A stretch of DNA of 64,000 bases from Candidatus Omnitrophota bacterium. Lineage in GTDB: Bacteria > Omnitrophota > Gorgyraeia > Gygaellales > Profunditerraquicolaceae. Positions 1 through 18,453 of the stretch are shown piece after piece. The stretch is from positions 410,435-474,434 of the forward strand of contig JBAZKL010000002.1 of assembly GCA_041650835.1 (NCBI GenBank), in the 5' to 3' direction. The notes beneath the pieces were generated by a model. It did no database searches. It saw only the letters and a program-made list of their open reading frames with translations, and was not told the origin of the DNA. The translations under genes were made by a program, and so were the position numbers. Numbering within the stretch: the first letter of the stretch is position 1; each line of letters opens with the position of its first letter.

Positions 1-326
1 AGCATAACCTGCGCGTATCCATCAGGAAGAATATCGGTAATAGCTGTATCATAAACTAATTCATCGGGTTCATAAGGGAACAATTTATTTAATTTGTAGC
101 CGGTGATCTTTTTGATCTCTTTAGGTTCAATAGACGGCACTTTGAGGGAACGGATGCTGACCTCGCTCCGGGAGAGAAATAACACAGGATCATACGATTG
201 ATCAACGTTATCCTTTAATGCAGATATAGCGATTTCACGCTCTTGGAGAAAAGCAGGATCGTCGCTTGAAGAATAAGCTAGCCTGACTGAATTTAAAGTT
301 ATAAAAATACCGCATGTTTTTTTCAT
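1..326 (-). CDS. partial CDS (N-terminal ~108 codons, runs off window start); hypothetical protein
   Basis: The minus-strand ATG at 326..324 opens a frame that stays open to position 1 (MKKTCGIFITLNSVRLAYSSSDDPAFLQEREIAIS...). It is absent from the ORF table because it has no stop inside the window. I recognise no family. Confidence 0.3.
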   Translation of the reverse strand, partial: MKKTCGIFITLNSVRLAYSSSDDPAFLQEREIAISALKDNVDQSYDPVLFLSRSEVSIRSLKVPSIEPKEIKKITGYKLNKLFPYEPDELVYDTAITDILPDGYAQVM

Positions 327-403
327 TAAGAATACTCCTAAAATGCATAATTAGCCTTATTATTATATCACAAAACAATATTGAGGGCGCACAATAATAA
401 TTT

Positions 404-433
404 AAGCGGGAATCTCAACTCAGATTCCCGCTT
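404..433. repeat. GC-rich hairpin repeat (AAGCGGGAATCT-caactc-AGATTCCCGCTT)
   Basis: A perfect 12-bp inverted repeat read directly in the sequence. It belongs to the GCGGGAATC/GATTCCCGC family that recurs at 532..598, 47461..47510, 60010..60050 and 60164..60190. It may act as a terminator for the 604..1419 gene. Confidence 0.7.
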
Positions 434-485
434 TAGGGGGGAAACATGAACCAATAAATACAAACTACCAGCACTTATTTCTTAG

Positions 486-522
486 ATGCCCGCTTAGAGC
501 CGAGTAAACTCGCGGGCATGAC
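486..522. repeat. GC-rich hairpin (ATGCCCGC...GCGGGCATGAC)
   Basis: An 8-bp inverted repeat with an 18-nt loop. It is the same GTCAT-GCCCGC flavour as the neighbouring elements. Confidence 0.6.
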
Positions 523-531
523 AATAGGGGC

Positions 532-598
532 GTCATTCCCGTTTACCCGCCAACGCTTTGTGGCGGGCCTCTCTTACTTACTGTTTATGCGGGAATCA
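532..598. repeat. composite hairpin repeat: GTCATTCCCG...[CCCGCC-loop-GGCGGG]...CCTCTCTTACTTACTGTTTATGCGGGAATC
   Basis: The 30-nt core 'cctctcttacttactgtttatgcgggaatc' is identical to the reverse complement of 47461..47490. An inner 6-bp hairpin is inserted in this copy. Confidence 0.75.
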
Positions 599-603
599 AA
601 CCT

Positions 604-1419
604 TCACTTACTCACCCGATACGTCAACCGCTTAAATTCACCGTTCCTCAATAAATTCAATTTAATTTCCGGCTGATTTTTGATCTTATGAGCAACAAGC
701 AATGCCTTTTGATAGCTATCTATCTTTTGATTATTGATCGTCAATATAACATCGTTATTACTTATACCCGCAGCTTTAACAATATTGCCCTCCTCCAAGC
801 CCTCGATCATAACCCCCCTTACAACACCAGCTTCATAATGAGGCTTCATTTTAACACTCGCCAGGCTTTTATAAACACTAAACGCGTCCTGCAATAAAAC
901 TCGCTTATTTACTTCGATCAATCCGGGAGATACTTCCACCAGGGCTAAAGCGCTTTTATTCTTAGATTTTAACCGGGAGTTTGCTAATAAAACTTCTTTT
1001 TCCCCTTCCCGGTCAAAAACTACTTTCCCCAGAGTGATTTCGATAATACGCGCTTCGCGGATCAAATGCCCTAATTTATACGTCCCGACTTTACCGGTTT
1101 TTAAATCTTTTATATACGCGACAGGATTCTTTATATTCCCGATCACTGTCCCCATAAGCTCCAATTCAAGAGTTTCTTTTTTATCCGCAAAAAACCTTTT
1201 CAGTGGTTCAATAGCCCTTTGATGAAATGCCGAAGGCGTTACTTCCGTGATTTCAGGAAGCTCCTTCAAAATAGCAGTTCCTAAACGAGTATCAATACGT
1301 TTAGATATGGTTAAAGAGAAGAAAATACTTATCGCTTCAACCAACAAGACTAAACCGATAATTATAATTAAATATCTCTTCTCTTTTCTTCCCATTTTAG
1401 GCTCTCTTTTATTACTCAT
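604..1419 (-). CDS. membrane-anchored PDZ-domain protein, GspC-like (T2SS protein C / PilP-like) architecture
   Basis: It has an N-terminal Lys/Arg-rich segment followed by one TM helix (RYLIIIIGLVLLVEAISIFF), a middle domain, and a C-terminal PDZ-like segment (GLEEGNIVKAAGISNNDVILTINNQKIDSYQ...). Start is assigned to ATG at 1419 (MSNKREPK...). An alternative ATG at 1395 (MGRKEK) has an AGAGAG Shine-Dalgarno-like motif. The 291-aa ORF start at 1479 is probably an over-extension. Confidence 0.45.
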   Translation of the reverse strand: MSNKREPKMGRKEKRYLIIIIGLVLLVEAISIFFSLTISKRIDTRLGTAILKELPEITEVTPSAFHQRAIEPLKRFFADKKETLELELMGTVIGNIKNPVAYIKDLKTGKVGTYKLGHLIREARIIEITLGKVVFDREGEKEVLLANSRLKSKNKSALALVEVSPGLIEVNKRVLLQDAFSVYKSLASVKMKPHYEAGVVRGVMIEGLEEGNIVKAAGISNNDVILTINNQKIDSYQKALLVAHKIKNQPEIKLNLLRNGEFKRLTYRVSK

Positions 1420-1670
1420 TAACCCGGCTTGCGCGCCCTCCGTGTCTTTGCAAACCTCGTTCTTTGCTTTAATGTACAATCAAATAAACCTACTTCTCCT
1501 ATTTAAACTATGCCACACAAAACGACACTTTTCAATACTGAGTTGAACATTAATCACCACCACGCACATACATAAGATATTATCTATCAAGCTATTACAT
1601 CAATTAATCATATAACAATAAACAAACATTCTGCAAAATTTGATTCAATTGATTTTATTTCAAACAAGAC

Positions 1671-1705
1671 TTGACAAAAAAATTTATTTATGATATTCTT
1701 ATACA
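1671..1705 (+). promoter_or_regulatory. putative sigma70-type promoter for the XRE-cupin regulator gene
   Basis: A TTGACA at 1671..1676 is followed by a 17-nt AT-rich spacer and then TATTCT (a 4/6 match to TATAAT). It lies about 45 nt upstream of the preferred start at 1749. Confidence 0.3.
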
Positions 1706-1748
1706 GATATGTATTTTAAAATTTAAATATACAACCGGAGTCAAGAAA

Positions 1749-2303
1749 ATGGAGATCGGCCAAAAAATAAGAGTTTTACGCGGGAACATGACTCAAGACG
1801 AACTTTCTCAACGTTCCGGTATTGATAAAGCCATTATCAGTAAGATCGAAAATGGCAAGATGCCTGGTACAATTGAAAGCCACAGGAAATTAGCAAAAGT
1901 TTTCGGCTTAAAATTGTCCGCCCTGTATGCCTATCTTGAAGAAGAAAAAATCGACCTTGTTGAATTTCACGACGGTAATTCTAAAACCGATGTCTACCAG
2001 GATTTTCTTGAAATTATCACCGCGCTTCCCCTTTCAAAGAAAATGCTGCCTACAGCGCTCGCGCTCAAACCGAACGAGGAACGCTACCTTGAAGAAACCT
2101 TAAAAAAAGCAGAACGTTTTATCATCATGCTTGAAGGTGAAATAGAAGTTGAGATCGAAAAGAAAATATACAAATTAAAAAAGGATCCCGCCGCGGAAAA
2201 AGGCGACAGTATTTATTCAAATAGTTCCCAACGCCACCGGATAAAAAATACCGGCACTATAATCTCCCGGGCGTTATGTATCAGTTCTCCGCCGGTATTA
2301 TAA
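1749..2303 (+). CDS. XRE-family HTH transcriptional regulator with C-terminal cupin domain
   Basis: The N-terminus has a Cro/C1-type HTH (IGQKIRVLRGNMTQDELSQRSGIDKAIISKIENGK). The C-terminus is a cupin-like beta-barrel (GEIEVEIEKKIYKLKKGDSIYSNSSQRHRIKN). The ATG at 1749 is preceded by GGAG. The upstream part of the 210-aa ORF, from 1671, is an extension. Confidence 0.75.
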   Translation: MEIGQKIRVLRGNMTQDELSQRSGIDKAIISKIENGKMPGTIESHRKLAKVFGLKLSALYAYLEEEKIDLVEFHDGNSKTDVYQDFLEIITALPLSKKMLPTALALKPNEERYLEETLKKAERFIIMLEGEIEVEIEKKIYKLKKDPAAEKGDSIYSNSSQRHRIKNTGTIISRALCISSPPVL

Positions 2304-2322
2304 AACTACAAGAGAGGGCTCA

Positions 2323-2682
2323 ATGAAGACAATTCTAATATGTGAAGATGAAAAATTCGCGCAGGAATCAATTAAGAATATTTTCGTAAAAAGGAATTTT
2401 ACCGTTCATACTGCCGGAGACGGAGAAGAATCCATTGAAAAAGCGAAAGAAACGAAGCCCGATGTAATCCTGTTGGATATCCGCATGCCTAAACTCGACG
2501 GCATTGAAGTAGCTAAAGAAATCAGAAAATTCGACACAAAAGCAAAAATTATCTTCATAACCGGCTTTCAAAGCCAGGAACTATCCAAAGAAGCCTCAAA
2601 ATACGACATATCGGATTATATCGTAAAACCAACCACTCCACAAGACATTATTCAGGCAGTCGAAGCGGCTCTCGCGTCATAG
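2323..2682 (+). CDS. single-domain response regulator receiver (CheY-like)
   Basis: Receiver-domain motifs are present: ILICEDE, DVILLDIRMPKLDG and IIFITGF. The protein is 119 aa with no output domain. It follows the XRE gene after a 20-nt gap. Confidence 0.85.
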   Translation: MKTILICEDEKFAQESIKNIFVKRNFTVHTAGDGEESIEKAKETKPDVILLDIRMPKLDGIEVAKEIRKFDTKAKIIFITGFQSQELSKEASKYDISDYIVKPTTPQDIIQAVEAALAS

Positions 2683-2739
2683 TAGTCAATAGTCCACAAG
2701 CCGATTGTCCGCAAATAAGCTACACTCCGCTACCACCGT

Positions 2740-2777
2740 GTCATTGCGAAGACCTGCGCAGCAGGGCTGAAGCAATC
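2740..2777. repeat. intergenic GC-rich repeat (GTCATTGCGAAGACCTGCGCAGCAGGGCTGAAGCAATC)
   Basis: It sits between the convergent 2323..2682 and 2792..12577 genes. It has the GTCATTGCGAAG...GAAGCAATC ends of the same family as 38222..38262, 47530..47570 and 52845..52870. Its centre contains the palindrome CTGCGCAG. Confidence 0.6.
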
Positions 2778-2791
2778 TTTTATGGAAGGCA

Positions 2792-12577
<9,786 letters not shown>

Positions 12578-12668
12578 GGCGTCACCATAGTTATATTTCT
12601 ATTAATTTTATTTATAATAACTTTTAACCTCATTTAAAATATGCCATATATATTTTGTACTGTCAAAT

Positions 12669-12693
12669 TGATATTGAATTAAATTCAATATCA
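12669..12693. promoter_or_regulatory. perfect 12-bp inverted repeat TGATATTGAATT-A-AATTCAATATCA (candidate operator) upstream of the giant gene
   Basis: The palindrome was read directly. It lies about 90 to 115 nt upstream of the giant-gene start codon at 12577, inside the 475-bp AT-rich intergenic region. Confidence 0.4.
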
Positions 12694-13052
12694 GTTCCTA
12701 ATTTCTAGCAGTTACCCAAAAATAGCACTAATACTCTATCATATTTTAATTAATATGGATACGGGTTAATCTGGGAAATATACAGTTTTTGCATTTCCGG
12801 GTTAAGCAATATTATTTTGCGCTACTTGATTTAAGAAATGAAAATTGAAGGACCGGTTATTCACCAAAAGAAAAGCGTAGGACATTAAAAACGAAAAACC
12901 ACAGGGAAAACATTTCAACTAACCGAAGAAAACCGAAAATACGCTTACACTCACCATTTATCCCAGCAGGCATAACGACCGACTCAAACTTCACGACCAT
13001 ATACCCGGCTGTTATTACCAGCGTCTTTAAAGGAAGTTTGGTTTTATTTTTA

Positions 13053-15029
13053 TTACAGGCTTTTCTTTACTAACCATATAACCGGCTCTAACACAATACG
13101 CACGAAAGCAGTAACGACAGACCCGGAATAGATCTTTTTTGCTAACTCCGGGCTGTGCCTATAATAAAACTCAACAAACCTTTTTCCATATCCATTGGAT
13201 AACAAATATTTATCCCGGAATAATCTTAAAACCTTTACTTCTGAAGCATCATAAGAACCATATACAGCGGTCGCTATAAAACATCCTCCTCCGCCACCGC
13301 CACCGCTGTCGGTTGATCCGGAAGTATTGGCCCCCGTATTAGCAAATACCTCGTTGGAATACAGAGAATTTGAGCTGCCACTGTAGGCGCGTACCCGGTA
13401 ATAATAGGTAGTACTACTGCTTAACCCTGTATCGCTGTATGAAGTTACGTTTTGACCGAGATCAGCTATTTGGCTATAGGTACCCGACGAACCCTCTTTT
13501 CTTTCCAGTTTAAAACCCTCTTCAATACCGGAATTATCGGTCCAGGCCAGATTAATAGCGCTTACGGATACCACGCTCGCAGTCAATCCTGACGGAGCAG
13601 CAACAACGTATATTTCAGCAGGTATAGTATTGCCTAAATATTCCCAAATATATTTTGTAAGCGTCGTCCCATCAGCACAAAAACCCCGGGTAGTAATATT
13701 TATTAGAGGCGCTACTCCCGCAGGAGGATCGTTGGTTTCCCTGAACAAATCCCTGAGCGCATCTTCATACGGCCACGGCCAAAGGCTGTCGCCGCTCAAA
13801 GTATCGTAACCAACTTCACCATAGAGGGTTCCTGAAGTCCCCATCCGCTTCTCTATGGTTGCGCCCTTTCCTACTTGAGGCGAACGCACAATATAAGAAA
13901 ATTCTACGGTATTCAAATTAGCCGTTCCCATGACCGAACTCATATTAACAATCGAAACACCATCCACCATGATATTATCAACGGCTTCACAAAAGCTAGC
14001 CCCATCATCTCCTCCATCGATAGGTTCAGTAGAGGTACAGTTATAAGCGCCAGATATTCCACTCGCAAGATGGCGCCACCACATCCCGTTATCGCTATCC
14101 CAATTAAGACAGTGCGTGTTACTATTATCGTGCGAAAGGCTGTCTTCGGAAGAATGAAAACCATATCCGTGATTCTTTAGACTAATACAGCCGTAGCGAT
14201 GCACATGCGAAGTCTCATGAGGCGCGCTAAAGCCGCCGGTAAAGGTAGCGCCAGTGCCATCGTTGCCGTCAAGGGCGATACAATTCTGTAACAGGATCTC
14301 ATCGTTAGGCGGTTCACCAGAAAAACCTCCGTATACAACGATAGCAGCACGAGGCTGCGCGGTCGTACAATAATCCCAGCGGACAACTACCCGGCGAGCG
14401 ATATTGTGGTGGCTGTCGCTACCGCCTCCAATCAATACGGAATACCGAGCCATGCCACACACAAACACATCTTCGATCAAACAATAGGTGCTTGAACCTA
14501 TATTAACTCCCCCTCCATATTCAGCTCCCGACCAGACTCCGTTTTTAATACCGATCCTCATAAGCCGGCAATGATCGCTTCCATTTACTTCTACAGCCGA
14601 CATCGCGTATACGCTAGACCCCGTACAATTCTTAATAACAAACCCCTGCAATGTAACATAACTTTTATGATACAAATTCACCGGTCCCTCTTCATTAATT
14701 GGAGCAGTCCCGGAATCTAACTCTGACAAAATAACGCCAAAGTCATTTTCAGCTTTTACAGTCGTGTAATGACCGGCAGACCCGCTAGGAATCCCCCGTA
14801 TCCTATTATTGTTACCCGTATAGGTCCCATCTTTAATGATCAGAGTATCTCCCGAGCCCAGCAACTGGATACCGGAATAAATGTACTTTTTTGCTGTTCC
14901 CCATGAAGTCCCGTTACCGGCGTCATTAGCCATCGCTCCATCGACATAGTAGGTAGCTGCATGAACAGTTCCAGGACGCATAAAAAAAATAACACAGCAG
15001 CATACAACCCCCATAATTATTCTTTTCAT
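13053..15029 (-). CDS. secreted beta-helix protein (658 aa), paralogue of the giant protein: beta-helix domain, FN3 domain, poly-Gly, same conserved C-terminal domain
   Basis: The signal peptide ends in ...VHA. The N-terminal roughly 450 aa align with the giant protein's N-terminus (YYVD...[27 protein letters not shown]...). An FN3-like segment matches LTASVVSVSAINLAWTDNS...YYYRVRAYS. The C-terminus is [35 protein letters not shown]... Confidence 0.85.
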   Translation of the reverse strand: MKRIIMGVVCCCVIFFMRPGTVHAATYYVDGAMANDAGNGTSWGTAKKYIYSGIQLLGSGDTLIIKDGTYTGNNNRIRGIPSGSAGHYTTVKAENDFGVILSELDSGTAPINEEGPVNLYHKSYVTLQGFVIKNCTGSSVYAMSAVEVNGSDHCRLMRIGIKNGVWSGAEYGGGVNIGSSTYCLIEDVFVCGMARYSVLIGGGSDSHHNIARRVVVRWDYCTTAQPRAAIVVYGGFSGEPPNDEILLQNCIALDGNDGTGATFTGGFSAPHETSHVHRYGCISLKNHGYGFHSSEDSLSHDNSNTHCLNWDSDNGMWWRHLASGISGAYNCTSTEPIDGGDDGASFCEAVDNIMVDGVSIVNMSSVMGTANLNTVEFSYIVRSPQVGKGATIEKRMGTSGTLYGEVGYDTLSGDSLWPWPYEDALRDLFRETNDPPAGVAPLINITTRGFCADGTTLTKYIWEYLGNTIPAEIYVVAAPSGLTASVVSVSAINLAWTDNSGIEEGFKLERKEGSSGTYSQIADLGQNVTSYSDTGLSSSTTYYYRVRAYSGSSNSLYSNEVFANTGANTSGSTDSGGGGGGGCFIATAVYGSYDASEVKVLRLFRDKYLLSNGYGKRFVEFYYRHSPELAKKIYSGSVVTAFVRIVLEPVIWLVKKSL

Positions 15030-15030
15030 T

Positions 15031-16149
15031 TTATTTACTGCCTTCTTTTCTATTTTTTTCTATAATATCCACGATTCGGGCTGCGGAACGGCCATCCCCG
15101 TACGGGCTTACCGCCTGTGACATTTTCTGGTACGACGAGGCGTTATGCAGTAATTCTTCCACGGACCTAATTATTCGTCCGATATCAGTGCCTACCAACC
15201 GTGCGACACCGGCCTGAACGCCTTCAGGGCGCTCCGTTTCACTTCTCATAACAAGTACCGGCTTACCAAGCGCCGGAGCTTCCTCTTGAATACCGCCGGA
15301 ATCCGTAAGCACAAGGTAACAATTTTTTAATAAAGAAACCAACTCGATGTATTCAACCGGTTCAAGCAAATGGACACCCTTAACTCTCTGCAATTTCGCG
15401 TAAACGACATTCCTCACATTCGGATTCAAATGGACAGGATAAACGATTTCAACATCTTCATTACGCGAGGCTATCGCTTTTAAGGCAGAACAGATATTCT
15501 CAAGCGGCCTGCCGAAATTTTCCCGACGATGAGCGGTTACAAGAATCATCTTTTTATTTTTAAGATCAAGGGGGAGAGAAAAGCTTGATTTCCTTTTTAA
15601 TATCATTTGTAACGCGTCAACAACCGTATTTCCGGTAAGATAAACTGCATCGCTTGGTATCCCGCATTTTTTCAGAGCGTTCACCGACAACCTGGTCGGA
15701 GCAAAGTGGTAAGCGGCTAACACTCCGATAACACTGCGATTGATCTCCTCAGGAAAAGGATTATATTTATCATTTGTCCGCAATCCGGCTTCAACATGCC
15801 CAACGGGTATTTTTTGATAAAAACTCGCCAATGCCGCAACCATCGCCGTCGTCGTATCCCCCTGAACAAGCACCAAATCGGGTTTTTCCTCAATCAGCGT
15901 ATTTGTTATCGCAGTAAGGCTGCGCGCAGTTAAAGAAGTGAGTGTTTGATTTTTCCTCATCAAGTTTAGGTCAATATCGGGTTTTATATCGAAAATCTCT
16001 AAGACCTGGTCCAGCATATGCCTATGCTGCGCAGTGACACATACAAGAGGACGGAAATATTTCGGCCGTTTTTGAAGTTCTTTAACGACTGGGGCCATCT
16101 TGATCGCTTCCGGCCTTGTCCCAAATACACACAGGATCTTTCTCTTCAT
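15031..16149 (-). CDS. wecB: UDP-N-acetylglucosamine 2-epimerase (non-hydrolysing)
   Basis: The protein is 372 aa. The N-terminal motif KILCVFGTRPEAIKMAPVV and the overall collinearity are typical of the WecB/MnaA family. Confidence 0.9.
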   Translation of the reverse strand: MKRKILCVFGTRPEAIKMAPVVKELQKRPKYFRPLVCVTAQHRHMLDQVLEIFDIKPDIDLNLMRKNQTLTSLTARSLTAITNTLIEEKPDLVLVQGDTTTAMVAALASFYQKIPVGHVEAGLRTNDKYNPFPEEINRSVIGVLAAYHFAPTRLSVNALKKCGIPSDAVYLTGNTVVDALQMILKRKSSFSLPLDLKNKKMILVTAHRRENFGRPLENICSALKAIASRNEDVEIVYPVHLNPNVRNVVYAKLQRVKGVHLLEPVEYIELVSLLKNCYLVLTDSGGIQEEAPALGKPVLVMRSETERPEGVQAGVARLVGTDIGRIIRSVEELLHNASSYQKMSQAVSPYGDGRSAARIVDIIEKNRKEGSK

Positions 16150-16164
16150 GGATTTTCCTTCCCC

Positions 16165-17205
16165 TTATTTTACCGGACGGACCGCAGAAGAAGCCCCTGG
16201 CCCGAACTGCGCGCTCTTGTTAATGTTTTCGCTGTTTTCCCTAAACCACGCGATCGCTTCTTTCACGCCAAATTCAAAGTCAAGCATCGGGTTAAACCCG
16301 AGCACTTTCTTTGCTTTTTCATTACACGCTAAGAGGCGAGTTTTTGTGTCCCATTTTCTTCTCGCCAGATATTTCACTCCCGCATCGTTGCCCACTAAAC
16401 GATTTACCATCTGGGCAAGATCTATAATCCTGATCTCTCTACCCGCGGCTAGGTTGAACGCCTCACCGATAGCCTCTTTAAAATACCCCATGCGTAACAG
16501 GCCATCAACAATATCGCCGACATACGTAAAATCACGCGTTTCCTCACCCGTTCCCGTGATCGGCAAAGGATTTTTCCCCATCGCCCAATAAATGAAGTTA
16601 GGAATCACGTTACGGTACTGTCCGGGCACTTCGCCTGCGCCGTAAGAATTAAAAAACCGCGCTTTCGATATAGGCATTTCTTTCATCTTATAAAAATAGT
16701 TCAAGTACAGTTCACCGAGCATTTTGGTAATCTGGTAGGGAGTCGTTAAATACATGCTCGCCCCTAATTCCTCTTTATACGGTAACGGCGCATCACTCGG
16801 ATAAATAGAACACCCGGACGAAGCATATACCACCCGCTCGATCTTTCCGTAAAGCGCGATATACTGCAAAAGGCGAAGCGTTCCCAGCCCGTTCGTATTC
16901 AGATCCTCTTCGGGATAATCAACCGAATTTTGGTTAGCGAAGAACGCCGCCAAGTGAAATATAACCTGGGGCTCCTCATTGAAAACCCTTTTGAGATCCA
17001 CCTCATTACGGATATCGCCTTTGACAAAAAGAAGCTTCTGATCATGCGCAGGTAAATTCCAAACATACCCTGAACTTAAATTATCGATCACAACAACCTG
17101 GCAATTAAGTTCCAATAATTTTCTTACCAGCACCGAGCCGACCGCTCCGGCGCCCCCTGTAATTAAAGCCCTCTTTCCTTCATAATACTTTAAATATTCA
17201 GACAT
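16165..17205 (-). CDS. NAD-dependent sugar epimerase/dehydratase (extended SDR)
   Basis: A Rossmann motif ALITGGAGAVGSVLVRKLL is present, with a YxxxK-type catalytic region. The protein is 346 aa. Confidence 0.85.
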   Translation of the reverse strand: MSEYLKYYEGKRALITGGAGAVGSVLVRKLLELNCQVVVIDNLSSGYVWNLPAHDQKLLFVKGDIRNEVDLKRVFNEEPQVIFHLAAFFANQNSVDYPEEDLNTNGLGTLRLLQYIALYGKIERVVYASSGCSIYPSDAPLPYKEELGASMYLTTPYQITKMLGELYLNYFYKMKEMPISKARFFNSYGAGEVPGQYRNVIPNFIYWAMGKNPLPITGTGEETRDFTYVGDIVDGLLRMGYFKEAIGEAFNLAAGREIRIIDLAQMVNRLVGNDAGVKYLARRKWDTKTRLLACNEKAKKVLGFNPMLDFEFGVKEAIAWFRENSENINKSAQFGPGASSAVRPVK

Positions 17206-17225
17206 TGTTTCCTCCTTTTAAATTA

Positions 17226-18443
17226 TTATAGTACTTTTTCGTATATACCAACACAGCTATTCAATGAAAAATGTTTTACCGCATACTCCCTTCCATTTCT
17301 GGCGCATGTTGTCCTGAATGCTTCATCAGAGTGCAATCTTTTTATCCCTTCCGCAAGCTCCTGTGCCTGCCCCGCATCCACGCAGATCCCGCAATTACTT
17401 TCCTGAATAATTTTCGGAGCATCTCCTTTCAGGGGCAAGCTGGCCGCGACCGCTCTGCCTGCTGCCATAATACTCAACAGTTTTGAGGGAACGACCGGAG
17501 TTTTAACCTCTTTATGGAGGTTAACCAGGCAGGCGTCAGAAGCAGCAAGTAGTTTAACGTATTTTTCCTTTTCCAACATCGGCAAAAACCTAACATTCTT
17601 TAAACCTAAAGACTCAACTTTCTGCTGCAGCCTTTTTTTCTCGACCCCTTCACCCACAATAAGAAAAAGGATATTTTCGTTCTTTAAGAAAACGGCTGAT
17701 TCTATCACTGTGTCTAGGTCCTGAGAATACCCGATTACTCCGGCGAATGAAATTATAAAAGAGTTCCCCAGATCAAACTCTTTACGGAATCCGGTATCGA
17801 GAGCTTCTGGTTTTATAGCATCGGTATCGATCCAGTTCGGGACAATGATGACCTTCTCCGGCCGGATCCCTTTCGAAAGGACATGATTACGGTTACCGTC
17901 TGAATGCACGGTAACGACATCAGCATGCCGATAAATGAACCCTTCGATGTTCTCGAACATCCTGATCAAAAATTTATTCTTGAGGATACCCAGGTCGATC
18001 GCGCTTTGCGGGAAAAGGTCTTGCACATTGAAAATAAACGGGATTCTTTTTATCTTGCTGAGCGCGAACGCGGCTAACCCCAGCGGTAATGGCGGAGAAT
18101 ATACCAATATCCGTTCAAAACTGCCTTTCTTAAGGAATAACCCTGCCAAAAGAAAATTGAACGCGGCAATAAACTGGTCGATCCCCCGGGCGACCGGTAT
18201 ATAGCGGGGCAAATTCATAGTAGCGACCCTATTAACGTTCATTCCTGCGATTTCCTCTCGCAAATAAAGACGGTTACGGTATTGAGGAGGGAGGGATTTC
18301 ACATCAACGTTATACCGGGGGAACCCGGTAATGACCGTGATCTCGTGCCCTTCTGAAGCAAGTTTTTTCCCCAACTCAAAGAACAAAAAAGATGCAGATC
18401 CGATTTCTGGCGGGAAATAGGAATTAATGATCAACCATTTCAT
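17226..18443 (-). CDS. glycosyltransferase family 4 (GT-B, group 1)
   Basis: The protein begins MKWLIINSYFPPEIGSAS..., with AAGRAV...E motifs near the C-terminus. The ATG at 18443 is preceded by AAGGAGAG. The upstream 42 codons of the tabulated ORF are an extension that overlaps the neighbouring gene. Confidence 0.8.
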   Translation of the reverse strand: MKWLIINSYFPPEIGSASFLFFELGKKLASEGHEITVITGFPRYNVDVKSLPPQYRNRLYLREEIAGMNVNRVATMNLPRYIPVARGIDQFIAAFNFLLAGLFLKKGSFERILVYSPPLPLGLAAFALSKIKRIPFIFNVQDLFPQSAIDLGILKNKFLIRMFENIEGFIYRHADVVTVHSDGNRNHVLSKGIRPEKVIIVPNWIDTDAIKPEALDTGFRKEFDLGNSFIISFAGVIGYSQDLDTVIESAVFLKNENILFLIVGEGVEKKRLQQKVESLGLKNVRFLPMLEKEKYVKLLAASDACLVNLHKEVKTPVVPSKLLSIMAAGRAVAASLPLKGDAPKIIQESNCGICVDAGQAQELAEGIKRLHSDEAFRTTCARNGREYAVKHFSLNSCVGIYEKVL

Positions 18444-18453
18444 ATTTCTCTCC

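Noticed and set aside
16018-16591. Plus-strand ORFs 16018..16332 and 16100..16591 (104 and 163 aa)
   Set aside because: They are antisense to the wecB and epimerase genes, have low complexity, and show no motifs.
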